Of a DNA stretch of 64,000 bases, positions 13,350 to 27,213 are shown piece by piece; the first letter of the stretch is position 1; every line of letters starts with the position of its first letter. The position numbers were made by a program, and so were the translations under genes. The stretch is from Saccostrea cucullata (taxonomy: Eukaryota). The stretch is taken from positions 248,001 through 312,000 of the forward strand of contig NW_026931135.1 in the NCBI RefSeq assembly GCF_032062105.1, read 5' to 3'. The notes under the pieces were generated by a model. That model searched no databases, was not told the origin of the DNA, and saw only the letters and a list, made by a program, of their open reading frames with translations.

Positions 13350-14065
13350 GGTAGACTTTACTTTGCCGGTCCCCAGATCCGCAAGATTCTAGCGCTCATT
13401 GGACTATGACGTAACATTAACGTCTCTCAACTGAAATGGGATAAATTTGCACACTATTCGACTGATAAGTGTTAGTATTGCACCCACCTGAGAGATTAGG
13501 GTTAGTCCTTACACTAGTTTTCGACTGATTAGGGTTAGTCTCGCATTCATCCGAGAGATTAGAGTAAGTCCTCGCACAATATCATGATTGTTCGACTGAT
13601 AAGGTTTAGTTTAGCATCTGTCCGAGAGATTTCGTCTTAACGTCTTAGTCCCTGGATACCATCCGATTGATAAGGGTAAGTAAATCTTTCTTTTACATTA
13701 ATTAAGAAATCCAGATGTTTCTGATTTTCCGAGACCATATAATTCAGTTTAAAAGACATTTCGTTCGTTTGTTTACACATGGAAAAATGGCTTAATCCGA
13801 AAGAAATGTCACTAAGTATGCACTGCAGTTCAGAATCATTCTTCGACGATTTTTTCCAAGAGAAATTTTTTTTCAGTAAATAAGGTTAAAAACTACGATT
13901 AAAACGAAATTTTAAACTAAACTTTTAACCGTTGAATTCGATTTTAAGGGTCAAAAGGCCAAAAAATCTCTCCTTTTCGATCGCTCATGCGATCTCAAAT
14001 ATAATGAAGTCGCCTTCGGTGACACTACATTTTAGCGCGTTATTCTGGGGACCGGTAAGGTCTTT
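13350..14065. mobile_element. Putative MITE with internal ~50-bp degenerate tandem repeats
   Basis: Inverted ends AGACTTTACTTTGCCGGTCCCCAGA / TCTGGGGACCGGTAAGGTCT; TTCGACTGAT..GAGAGATT repeated ~4 times at 13455-13680. Confidence 0.55.
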
Positions 14066-14490
14066 CCCCTGCAATCATATAAGGCAAATAAAGAATGAAT
14101 TAGATAGAAACCCAAGTTATATTACAATATAACTGTATAGTATGTTTTCAAAAAAAAGCGTGAACTGCTACAACTAAAATTATACCAGCGTAACTTTGAT
14201 TGCTATTTACTTCATTACTTATTATTTAATTTGCAGTCATTTGGTATAAGAAAGAAGGCAATCGTCTCTTAAAACGCCTTTTAACTATTCATATTTTAAA
14301 TGTAACATCAAGCGAATCAATACATTTTTACGTAAGTCATTGTTTTGAAGGCAACCCAAGTAAATAAAACATAAACTTATTTTCTTCCAATCAAATAAAG
14401 CGTTAAAACAAAAAAGGAAATGAATTTGAATTAACATATCTATGTTGAACGCTGAAACTTCATGAAATCAGTAAAGCAGAAACGTAGAAT

Positions 14491-14647
14491 TAAGGAATCA
14501 CTGTCTAGTTTTGAGGGTATGCCAGGGCATCAACAATAGTGGGAAACATGGGATAATTTGCTTCGCCCGTTTTGCTAAAATTATCCCATGTTTCCCACTA
14601 TAATTGATGTCCCTGGGATACCATCAAAAATAGACAGTGATTCCTTA
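14491..14647. mobile_element. Palindromic (foldback) MITE
   Basis: Arms TAAGGAATCACTGTCTA..GGGAAACATGGGATAATTT / AAATTATCCCATGTTTCCC..TAGACAGTGATTCCTTA. Confidence 0.8.
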
Positions 14648-14757
14648 TATTTCCATTTTTACTTGAAATAACCATCTTAAAATTAATCGAAATACCGTAT
14701 AATTGAGTAGATTTGAAATGCACAAGGCCCCATGATGTCAAATTTTACTATACAAAA

Positions 14758-14969
14758 TACTGTAGATCACTTAATTTTCGCGACACCTTATTTTCGCGAG
14801 ATAGTCATTGACTCTTGATAAGCGAGACAAAATTTTCACGAATTGTGGATATTGCTCTATATGATATTTAGGAATACTATTATACGCGAGAGTTAAATTT
14901 TCGCGAGCACTCTGTCTCGCGTAATTACGCGAAAATAGAGTTCTCGCGAATAAAAAGTGATTTACAGTA
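14758..14969. mobile_element. Short TA-flanked MITE with TCGCGA-rich interior
   Basis: TACTGTAGATCAC ... GTGATTTACAGTA; same end style as 54669-56674. Confidence 0.75.
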
Positions 14970-17890
14970 GTCCCAAAAACACGAAACAAATTTATTGACT
15001 ATTTATATTTACCGTAGTCAAACATCAACATTTATAAAATAAACAACAAAAGAATTTTAAATGATGATCAAAGTAATCTTGTTGACTTTAATTATATATG
15101 TGACCTAGATTTAGGTTGTCGGAAGCACAAACATATATAGGCACTATGTAATTTCTCTGCCGCCATATTGAATGCAATGTTGCAGTTGATGAAACGTGAG
15201 CTGGTCAGCATGGTCAAATAACCGATTTGTATGGATGTTATGATAACAGAAGAAGTTGAGTTGCTTAAGAAGTCGGATGGTAATGACTAAGGGACGATGT
15301 CTGTATCAGATGATGGAGTACGTGAAGATCCATGTGGCAATGTCAATTTCTCCACGTAGCTGTTACGGAAGTGGTGTTCTCGGACTCGCGAGGCCTCGGT
15401 CATAGTGGACAGTGTTGCACTAGTGACTTGCTTTCGAGCCTAAGATAATTTATTATTTATTTTGTTTGTTAAAAAGATATATCATATCAAATTACTTAGT
15501 AAACAATTAAAACATCTATTTTTTCTTGAGTATATTTATACGCCAGTGATATACATGCAGGTTGACACCTGACTTTTCAGTAGTAGAGAAACATACATAC
15601 CACAGGGTATTATCATGAAATTAACAAGATACACTTTTGTAGTGTATATCATAGAGAAAACAATTGGAAATGGAAATATTAGAAGATTACTGTTCAACAA
15701 TAAACAAAAATTAATGTAAATCAGATGTTGATACTAAAAAAACAATTCTATTGGTGGGTCATATTCTGGATGATGAATTTAAATAGATATTTGTTTTCAA
15801 AGGATTTAAAAACCGGTGTTTAAAATATCCATACGTTTTTGGCAATGAACAAAATTAAAAAGAATGTCTGCAACGGTGCTCCTTTGACCGCAATTGGGAA
15901 CTGAAGAGGAATACACGGTTAAGTAAAGGCCTCCTGTATTTTAAATGGTTTTCATGCGATCAAAGATATCGAAACAATAAGATAAGATAGATAGTCCTCC
16001 TGCACAAGACAAACGTACAAATAAAGATGTCTTTCAAACATTACTTGAGCGTGACGACAAATGACCATGTTAATCCTTATTACAGATCTGCTACTTCAAT
16101 TCATTCAGTGATAAAAACGTGCACTGAACTACATTTGAAATAACTCTTATTTCGGTAAGTGCTGATTTGTGCAAGGACTGAAGCAATGCATTTTCTTTCT
16201 TTTCCTTTGAAAACATAATCAAAGTCATTTATTGTTCTCATAAAATTGAACTATTTTAAATATAAACATATTTATTATTGTACTTTTTCTTTGATAAATT
16301 CTATAATTTCATCGTAATTATCCTAACAAATACCGTATTAAGATCCAAAGTATCGATACAGTCAATTTAATACACTTTATACAGTATATTTGTACAGTGT
16401 TTCTACAACATGTTTGATTTACATCCATACTGAAATATTAAACTATACTTCAGTGAGGACTATCTTGAAAAAAAATATACTTTATGTAAGTTTAAATAGA
16501 AGATCATTAAAATATTGTTCCAGTAGTAACGCAGTAATGTTAAGGTTTGTTGAAGCTTTAAACGCACTCAAATTGTAACACTGCGTTGCAAAATCGATTT
16601 TGAGATTTATTAGTTGGTTATGAACTCAAATATGGCCAAATCTTATAAGGAGTTCTTTTGGCTTTATGTGTATTTTAACTTTTGTTACGACATCACATGA
16701 CTCCATGATCACGTGACGGCCATTTATACTTTTTTTGCAAAGTTTTACATAATCGCATTGGCGCAGGTGATTAACACAATTATTCTTGTTTTCATGTTGA
16801 AAACGCAGGGTAACATATTATGCGAAGTATTTTACATCGCATGACCAAAGATTACAAAAATTGCCTAGACGGGAATCTTGGTAATTATACAACAATATCC
16901 GTGTTCAGAATTACTCCACCGTGAAACGTGAATTATGACGGCAGAAAAGTGACAAAAAGTATATTACACGAGCAATTTGATTACGACAAGTTTGTCATCC
17001 ATCTTTTTGTATAATTTGATGCACTTGATGCATTTAGTTTGATTTTCAGTATTTGTAAACGAAACGCATTTCTTGCAATCGTGTAAATATTGGCGAAATT
17101 TCCACGAAGTCTTACTTTTATGCTGATTAAGTAAGGACAGAGGCAACAGCAGCTTGCTCTGCACTCACTTCTAAATTTCCCTCTATAAACTGTCTCACAG
17201 TCTATAAAACATCGTCAGAGAGGGCCTTGAATGAACCGTGACGATGACGTTGACATGTAACAATGCTACGTCAAGATCGAGTTTTTCGTCCTGCTACTTG
17301 TTTAAACGCCACTGTACTACCACAAAAATGCCTTCAAAAGAGTAGGTTACATGTTTCGTAATCATTATATACAAGGTGTCCCAAAACATATGTTACACTT
17401 TTGATCACCTATAACTTTATCATATTAAAAGCATTCAGAAAGATATTTGTCAACTTCTAATGTATTAACATACATTTTATCTGACAAACTTTCGAGAATT
17501 TCTGTTCAAGAGTCAGGTTATTATGATGTCTTGATGACGTCATCATATTTTTACAATAAAACCTTCATGCAAAGAGCTGACAGAAAGTGAAAACTACTAT
17601 CGGTCAAAAATTGCCACTGTAGACATTAGTACCATGAGAAAACAACCTCATGCTACGAAAGTCCTAAACAGAATACTAATTTACGTTTGTGAAGGAGTTT
17701 GAAGTTAAAGGCACCATAAATGATACATGACTTAAATCTTGTATAGGAAGACCAAACCAAAAAAGCCCGATCCGAAGAGAACATTAATACCATTGATAGA
17801 GTTATTGCTGATACTTTACAAAAAATTTCTTGGACGAGTCCTGTATGAACAAGATACAATGTAGCACCTTTGGTAAATCTAGTAAGAAAA

Positions 17891-20800
17891 AGCTTTCTTT
17901 CAAACAGCTTGCCTGACGTAATCAATCAATATCTGTGAGAGAAGTTATAAACCTTTTGAGCAATACTTTTTGTGCTGTCTTTTTATTTGAGAACCTTGTA
18001 AAAATATCTAATTATTTAACTTGTAAAAGAACGATATCTTGGCTGCATCAGTGGCGTAGCATTGATTTTGAAAGTGTGGGTGGAGGGGGGGGGGGGCAGC
18101 TAGTGACAATTCTTTTTACTTACCTGAAAAAGTTGACAAGCAAAAAAAAAATTCAGATTTCCATTAGTATTAGTAAGGTTGGGAAAAAAAGGGGGCAGCC
18201 CCCCCTCTTTCTACGCCCCTGTGCATTCTGAAGAGTTGTAAGCAGAATGGTTAATGTATGTGGGTTTTCTGCCAATTGCAACTCCTTGATCCCACTCCTG
18301 GGGCCTTATCTAGGGAAGGATACCACAAATGTTTTGTTGATTTATACGCCATGACACCCCCCTTTTCACAAACTTTGAAATAAAAGCATGGATGATGTAT
18401 ATAGACCTTTTTTCTGTGGAATATGGAGTTACCTTTACTCAAAGTAATGATATTATCTAAAATATACTACATGTACTTCTAACTCAGTTTTTTTACTATG
18501 AACAGGAAACGTATAAATTTTTAACATCCGATGATGTCGATACTTTCGAGTATGTTTTTTGACCTCTGACGAAAAGACCCGAGATGATGCGATTGACTTT
18601 TCTGCAAGTAGATTGATCTACCCCTGGATCTAAATTTAAAACTACACCTTTTCTGAAATTTGTTGTCAAATCATTCATTGTGAACATTTTCGAGAATGGA
18701 TATAACTAAATACATATGTTGTAGGAAAGCATTTTCTCAAATGAAGTAAACAGTAGTAGTTTCTGTTCATTGATTTCGAAACGTGGGCACTATAATATCT
18801 TGAGGATGAAAAGGGTAAAACCATAATTTAGGCCTTTGTGGAAAAGAAATCCAAGATTTCGCACAGTAATTTCTTTCGTCAAATCGTCTGGAACCTGGTT
18901 GAACTGCGTCGGTCGTTTGTGGTGATTGGACTAGTCCATTTAAATATGGAATAAACCAACAGAGGGGAAACAAATTAGAGAAATCATTTCATTTGTTTTG
19001 CATGTCCATATTCTGATACATACGAGTCATATGTTGTTTTAAGGAATATATAAGATATAGGTTGTAGATAGAATTTCTGAAACATAGGAAGATGGAGGTT
19101 ACAATAACAAACTTTATTTAATTCTATGGAAGTTAGCATCCCCATTCATACAATAGAACAATCCCAAGAAAAGGCGCGAAGATCGCTTACTCGTGACATT
19201 TGGCGCGAAAAGAGCGATTCACCCCTTTTTTAGAACATAAATGGACTGACCAAGTAGTATAGAAATGCAGAAAAAAAGATACACGGACACGTTGAAACGG
19301 TAAAGCACATGGAATAATCTGTTTCATGCAAACAGAGTAAGACGTCGCGCACAATACTGGTGATACTTAACCTTACGTTTATAACGTCAGAAAAACGTCA
19401 AATAATGCAACAAGTGCAACGTTATATTTTTACAATGTAACCTTATGATTAATTTTTATTCTTTTAACAACAATTCATGTTTAATATCTTTTTTTAAAGT
19501 GGGAAGGGGGTAATGCATGTTCACATATACATGTATCATGTACACGTAAGTACATATTAACAATTGTATATAAAAGATTAAAAAAGAATAGTTTCAATTT
19601 TGTCTACATGATTCAAACAAATTGGGAAGGAATTTCAACACCTGTTTTCCGTACTTTTTGTGGTTTTGATATTTTTCATGCTAGGAAATCCAATAACAGA
19701 AAAAATATCTATAACATAAAAATGTAAAATATTAACATTACTTGTTATAAGTATCCTAGTTTGCTTGTAGCTCCGCGCTTACACAATTGTCATATTAGAC
19801 GAAAAGACATGCGCAGATTTAGCAGGGATCAATAACAACCCCTCCCCAATTCCCTAATACACACAATTATTTTTTCATGTATGATAAAGTAACCAATATG
19901 ACCGTGGAGTGCCACTAGAGAATTAGTTCACCATGTAAAATGGTAAGGAAAGTTCTATGACGGAAAGTTCTTTTTTCTTTGAACCTTATACCCCGCACTC
20001 AACAAAGTTATGTTTTTCTAATGCACATATAGAGAATTTTGTAACTTTAATAAAAAGTGTTTCTAATATATCTCACATGCCTGTATTGCTCAGGAATCCT
20101 GAAAGATTAAATGAGACTGTAAAAAAGGACCACGGATTTTGTTTCAATACGTTTTACAACATAGTACATGTAAATATTAATATCACCCTCATAATTATGG
20201 AGACATATGTACATGTATATAAACTGTTTGTTGAGAAACAAGTCAATCAGTGCTCGAAAAAGATGTGTAAAGCAACAAAATGTTTAATCACTACATGTAT
20301 TTCTGTATTCATTTTCTCTCAAACAAAAATATTTAAAACCTCCAAATGCTGGAATATTTAATAATAAATGCTTGAAGTTTTTAATTCGTGTTATAAACTT
20401 AAATTATGTGTATGTTCATCTTTCTATTTTCTTTTTTTTTTGGCGAATGGCGATTTACAATCACCTTATACTATACGTCTAAGTATATCTATATGACAAT
20501 CCAAGAGGTTACTATAAGAAAAAAAAATAAAGTTTGTCTTCGGCAAACATATTGTTTGAAATCAAGTCTCGCATATTTTGATTGATTATCCCCTCGCAAC
20601 GGTGTACGTAGGTGAGGGTGTGTATGTGTGTTTGTGAGTTAAGTCGCGCGAAACACAAGTGAAATAATTTGCATCGGGATCAATGACGATTCGAATGCAA
20701 CCTTCACTTATAATTATGCACTTTTCAAGGTGAGCTCTGTTTGCTGTTCTTGTGAACATTTTTTGTTCGCAAGGAATTCAGCCACGGAATAACCCAAACC

Positions 20801-21989
20801 CCAAAAAGTGATGCCAAACTGTACGATTTTAGCTGGTTACTATTAGCTCTCCAATCGAGCACACGATTATTCGGGTGAATTTTACATTTTAATATATACG
20901 TGTAGGTGGTAAAAAAAGTAAAGAAAAGATCGATGGCCTGTGTACGAAACAAGTGCCTGTGCTCTCAACTCCTGGATCACCCTTGCTTGTGAGAAATATG
21001 AAAAGTGATTTCTGTTTTACTTTATTTTCGCTTTTATCTTCCTTGCGGACTTATCCTATGTCTATATTTGTAGTCCAGTATTGATAACATGACCAGGTCA
21101 AGATAGTTTTTCAATGAAATATGTAGAACATGACATGGGGGTCCCCTTTGGCTTTCCATAATATTTTAAGGATTTCCATCCCTAATGGGACCTTATTCCC
21201 TACCCTTAAATGTCCGTCAAGAACATGATACACTAATATTATAATAAAACATTTTATAGTGAAAATGATTGCCCGCGAGAAAGTTTTAAAAATGTCATTA
21301 ATTAAGCAGTAATAATTAATTTAAAAAGGTTGCATTTAAGTCTATGGGGATAAGTGTTTTTCCAAAATAAAAATTCAAATAATTTGAATATCAATATATC
21401 CTGCGGTGGAAAGATGCATTTAAACATTAAAATAAGAATGACAATTAAAAAGAATATTTTTTACCAGCTAAATTTTTTTTAATTGATTTTTTTATTAATT
21501 AAAAAAGGGGAGATAACTCTTACCAGAACTCAAGGTCATAAATTAGGACACATCCCCCTATACCTACTAACAGTAATAAATGGGAAATATGTCTAAATAA
21601 ACTGAGTATTCAATGCCTCCATATCAGTTATGTACTAGTATTCAATTTCATTGAATTTGTTCTCATTAGGGATTGAATACCTTAATTTCTAGTCTTTCAC
21701 ATTCATATCATTGTACTGATATAGATTTAATAATACATGCACATCCACTATTAAAATATTCATTTAATAATTTTGATGAAATAATTTTTTTTCTAAAATG
21801 ACTCAAATGTGGGCAGTTTATATATCCTCCGGAAAAAAAATATTTAATAAAAAGCAAGGTTGTTAATATTATTTCATTTCACATATGTAAACTTCATTTA
21901 AAATTTACTAATTCTGCAGGGATTTGAAAACGGTTTTTCAATTAAATTATCTTTTAAAAGATTATGATGTCTAGGTGCCATCCAATCAC

Positions 21990-22021
<32 letters not shown>

Positions 22022-24472
22022 AACTAGATTAACTGTTAATTTAAAGTATGTATATTGATGTTTTGGGTTTCATCAAAAAATATTAATGTAATCTGCAATT
22101 TTAGCGAGATACAAATTTAAAATTTTCCCATAAAAAAAGACTGATTTGCCAATTTTAGCAAGCCCCCCTCCCCCCACCCCGACGCCTTTGTACTTTTAAA
22201 TGCTCGCACTACGACAACTCGAAAAAAGAAAAACAGGCAATTGATTGTTAGCAATATTCAATTTTCAGCGATCTCAACACCCTTGTTAATTATGCAAAAA
22301 TTAATTCGCTTAAAGATTCCACCCATACGGGTATATCCAAGATCCAAGTAGTGCTTTTGTGATACTCGCATCATTCAGCAAGTGTCTGTGCTGAAGAAAT
22401 AGCGGGGGGGGGGGTTCCAACTCTTATCTATAGAGAAATATTTGGATAACATAAAGGGGGAGGTTTGAATGTACTGCAATAAAAATTGCGGGAAGTGAGG
22501 GCAGCATGAATTGAAAAATATTCCAAACGGTATATATCAGAATATTATTGAATGAAAAGAGAGGGTCAGTCGTGTTTAAAGGTTGATACCGTTATACACG
22601 ATGAAAACGTCTTAAAAAAATTACAAGCATTAGTAAGTGTACAAAAAGACAAGATATGGGGTGGTACAAACATTGTAATTTATACTAAAATACAAAAGCA
22701 TAAAATATACCTTTAGGCACTAGTATTTACAAAAATATATGACAGTAGTTTGATTATAACTTCAAGATTTCTGACAGTGAAATGCAGATAAACTGATCAG
22801 AATGAGCCCTCGACTATCGCTCGACAAATGACCCGTTATTTGACTACTAGGCTATCCGAATAAAATTCAATTTAAAAATTGAAATATTTTAAATTAAATT
22901 AAAAATATCCGCAATATTTACTACAATATGTGAGCTTAATGCTAGTTTTATGATATTCTAAAATAACTACATGTAATGAAGGGGTATATACGGTATTTAT
23001 AGACGCTGGACAGACTGCATTATAGCTTTTCTCATTCACAAAAGTAGCGTCTATTTAAATTTTAAAAGACTCACCTTAAACAGTTAAACATATCCTCAGT
23101 TCTATGTTTAGATGTAAAATACTACATTTGTAAGTATAGAAATGTATTTTTCATTTGGTTCTTTTAAGTGCCTGCCCTTGTCAGATATGATATTTGTATC
23201 ATGACTCCGGATATATGTGACTATAGTGTCTAGTCTGCGCTACATGTACAGTACTTATATTTTATGTTGTTTGTCAGGTGTTCGAAACATACATGTGGGC
23301 CCTATATGTCTCTATTCTGGAGTTCGATTTCAATTTGAAATTATTTTTCTCAGAAAAGAATGTTAAAGGTTTAGGTTAAATTTGTTTTGGTGAGCTAGGG
23401 GACCAGGCAAATCTTGACGAGTAGCCTACTGCTCATGTATGTTACGTCACGTCACGTTACGGCGCGTCAAACGGACCTGGGACATTTCATTGGACATTAA
23501 ACTTCTCTTGCCTTGTAAAAGTTGATGCGAGATAACCTGAAATTTTGTATATTCTCTGTAGTAAATTTTATGTACTTTTTGTAGGTTATACGTTTTTAAG
23601 TATTCACGTTGGTATATTACTCGATATTACAAGATAAAATGACATAATTGCTAAAGAGGCGCGATATTTTTATAAATGGGACATTCCATTGGACACAGAA
23701 AAAATCCACCCGCTTAATGGATATTGCCGGAATTATATTATACTGGTAATTGCTGTGTTCTGCAATGCATGTACATTATAACTATACCAGAAATTATCAT
23801 CTAACACATAGGTTAGGCTTGGTACTTATGACTTTTAGTTTCATTCCACGAACGTCTACAAAAACGGGACACCTAGGTCTTCTACATTTACCGTGCCGAT
23901 ATATCATTTTCGTCCTCCAATCATTTAAATTACGTATCACATCCTTTTTGGATACATTTGATACAATCATATACCAATTTTTATAGTATTAGGCATAGGA
24001 TTTATTATTTTAACAACTTTTTAATAAAGCGCATAGACATTTTCTGTAACGCTGGGACATCATAAAAATGACGACATCGCCGTATATCTAGCTATTATTT
24101 TACGAATAAAAACGTCTTGAATATATTTTAAGTATGATATTGTCATTATTCATATATTTTCCTTGCCATTGATATATAATACTTGATATCTTCTAGCAAA
24201 ACCATCCTTGCACAGCCATAAAATGAATTTTCCTATGCATCATGTGAAAGTAACACCAGTATTGTGCGCGACGTTTAAACAAAGTAAATACTGCATTATT
24301 TTGCATAGTAAAATCATTGTTTCCCTGAAGAAAAGTTTCTTTTAAAAGGCAGGTAAAAGATTTCCAATGTAAATCAGCTTGCACAAAATCTAGCTCTCTG
24401 GGTATGATCTATTAGTTTCGGATCAAGCAATTATCAATCCTTATACAGCCTGACGCCGTGACGTCAGGCAAT
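17891..24472 (+). mobile_element. Non-autonomous element (Helentron-like ends) with ~5 kb of further inserts; homolog of 55401-56562
   Basis: Shared blocks 17891-18040, 18930-19330 and 24350-24472; TTGCCTGACGT / ACGTCAGGCAA inverted ends; terminal hairpin GCCTGACGCCGTGACGTCAGGC. Confidence 0.6.
18049..18221. mobile_element. Small MITE
   Basis: CAGTGGCGTAG ... CTACGCCCCTG inverted ends; TGCAT direct repeat on both flanks. Confidence 0.65.
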
Positions 24473-26030
24473 AAAATGCCTAGATTTGATTTTAAAATCG
24501 ATTTTTTACAAGATAAGTGTAATGCAACATTTGAAAGAGATAGAAATTAGAAGTCGTTTGAGTTTGCCCATTTAATTTTAATTAGACCTGACTTTGAAAA
24601 TTTGACAGCTGCATGATTTTTCGGTGAGGGCAACTTCCATTTAAACGATATTGTTAAAAGAGAAATCTTATTTATAGATTTCATTGTTTGGCGAAACCTA
24701 ATTTTAATGTGGAAAAACTTCCGAACTGATAGAAAGTTAAATTTAAACTGGGTAAATAAATTCAAGGGACATCATCTGAAACTTGCTGTAAAATGACGTG
24801 TGTTATTCTAAAGAAAAACAACTGATGACTAGTTAGGAAAATGTGACAAATGTATGCTTCACAAAAAATTATAACAATTTTATCATATATTTTAAATTTC
24901 ATCATTGTAACTTGAGGAATAGAATTTTTATAACAGTTTAAAAGTGTAACTCGTGTTTTGGGACACCCTGTACACCATAAAACTGAAAGAAATCGATTGT
25001 GCGATTTGCATCTTTGATCTGGTAAACTCTACGTAGGGATTCCTTTCACTGGCGCATGCACGCGCCATTTGACTAATTTTCGGTGTGCTTACTGCGGGCG
25101 AATTTATATATGTTGAATATATTTATTAAAGTTTTGCATTTTAAAACGTTTCATAATAATTTAACGATGTCTTTGAGAGTAAAGCTAGACTAGTTTGTGT
25201 GCGCAGGTGGATTGAGTTGGTGAACATTTTCTTTGAATTACTATTGGATACGACTTCTCATTTGCTGTTATCATAAAGAATCATCAAATCAGATCGATTT
25301 TTTTGTAGTATAAGCTAGCGAAATCTAAATTTAAACTACTGCAGATCCGGCGCCCTGTTTAGACACAAGTTATTTTATACGTGTATTTATAACTTTAAAA
25401 TACATTTTTTTTTCTAAGTAAATAAACGATTGAGATTGTCAATAATAAAGTTGATATGTATGTCATACGTAATGCATTACTATGTATAAAATGTATATAT
25501 TTACATGTACTTATATGTTTTGGTAGAATCACCTTATAGATTCCTGTAGGATGATTGTGAAATCAGACATTTGACTTGAGAATGAGCCTTAGTTATTTCA
25601 ACATTGATAATTTATCTTTTTTTTTTGTTATGATTTACGCAAAATTATTTAATTTGTTTATAAAGACGACCTTAATGTAACTTCAAGTCTGTCAGTCATA
25701 TAGATATTGGAAATTTTGTGTAAAATATCATTTAAAAATAAGAGTTCAATATTGACAGAATTGATAATTCACAGGCAACTATCTTTCACTTTAAGTTCTT
25801 TATAAGAAAACATTCTATTTAGTTTTTACAAAAAATCAACAGAATGATTCCAATAGGTTCTATAATGAAATGTTTAAAAAAAAATGAGACAGCGGTTTAA
25901 AATATCTTGGCGATTAAAATATTAAATGGTAAAATAATTTAATGATTTAGTAGATGAGGTAACAATATTTGACCTTTGACCTCATGATATGATCTTGATC
26001 TTTATTAGTTCTATTAGTGTATTATAATAT

Positions 26031-27213
26031 CAGCCCTGGAATGGTAATTTGATTAATTACTTTCCAAAAAGGCATGTAATTCACAATTACTTTTCAATTA
26101 CATTCAATTACACTGATTTTAAATAAATAAAAAATCCGCCACTCCCCCACCATCTCATAAACATTATTTAAGAAAGGTTAACTGATTATTTTGAGCAAAT
26201 ATTCTGATAGTAGAATTTCTTATAAAGAATGTTAACATAGTCTCATTTCCATTTAAAGTTAATTGCTAATTTAATATTGTCCTATTTTATTTTCTTAAAA
26301 ACTTTTAAATCAAATTAATCTTTGTAAAGTGAGAAATAAAATTTATATTTTCAATTTTTAATTAATCCACATCAAAATAAGTAGTCCAATGGCTTCTAAT
26401 CCTCTGGTTTGCAATATCCTCGGCTTGTGTTAGAATTTTTTATCAGGAGCTAATTAGTGTCCTGGGGTCAGGTACATATTCTTTAATTATAGATATTTTT
26501 CACACATTTTTGACCTTGTCACTTGTCACTTTATACACACACATATTTGACTTTAAATTGTAGTTTGGCACAGAATAAGTCAAATACCAACATTTTGAAT
26601 ATCTTAATACCAGTATGTTGTTGAAATGAGGATTATCCGAAGTATTAATGCAAAAGGCATCAATTGTACTTTCAACATAAATTTAATTGAATGTTTCATG
26701 ATTCCAAATTTTCAACATATAAATTAAGGTAAAACCATGAGTAAACTTTCTACTAGTCAGTATCTTTGTATTCCTGTCACAAATACCCCACTGAACAGAA
26801 TCCTCAGTGTGGCAGGATAATCTTCAAATCTAATAGACGAAGGTTAGGAGACACAGTAATTGAAAAATGTATGAACATCTTAAAAATAAATATGTTGTAA
26901 AATAATCTGATATACCGGTAAATATAAAGGATAAGGAATGTACATGGCTATTTCCGTTATAATTTCTAAATGTTTTCTTGAATGTAATGTGTAATTTAAT
27001 TAATTACATTTGGAAAGTAATTGTAATTTAATTAATTACATTTCAAAATTCATGTAATGGTAATGGTAATTTAATTGAATGTTTGGGAAAGTAATTGTAA
27101 TTTAATTAATTACATTTCAAAATTCATGTAATGGTAATGGTAATTTAATTGAATGTTTGGGAAAGTAATTGTAATTTAATTAATAACTTTCTTAAGTAAT
27201 TGACCCATCCCTG
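26031..27213. mobile_element. Probable DNA-transposon derivative with GTAATT/AATTAC subterminal repeats
   Basis: AATTAC cluster at 26045-26112, inverted GTAATT cluster at 26985-27200 including a ~79-bp tandem duplication; ends GTAATTGACCCATCCCTG. Confidence 0.5.

Larger units (their letters stand above)
17372..24970 (+). mobile_element. Decayed Tc1/mariner-superfamily transposon expanded to 7.6 kb by nested insertions
   Basis: TA|CAAGGTGTCCCAAAACATATGTTACACTTTT ... AAAAGTGTAACTCGTGTTTTGGGACACCCTG|TA; transposase remnants VKEFEVKGTIND..GRP..ARSEENI (~17690-17790), FYKISVMQHLKE (~24505) and FFGEGNFHLNDIVK (~24620, cf. FSDEAHFHLNG). Confidence 0.75.

Noticed and set aside
13490-13570. Interstitial telomere
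   Set aside because: Only isolated TTAGGGTTAG motifs within a ~50-bp TE-internal repeat
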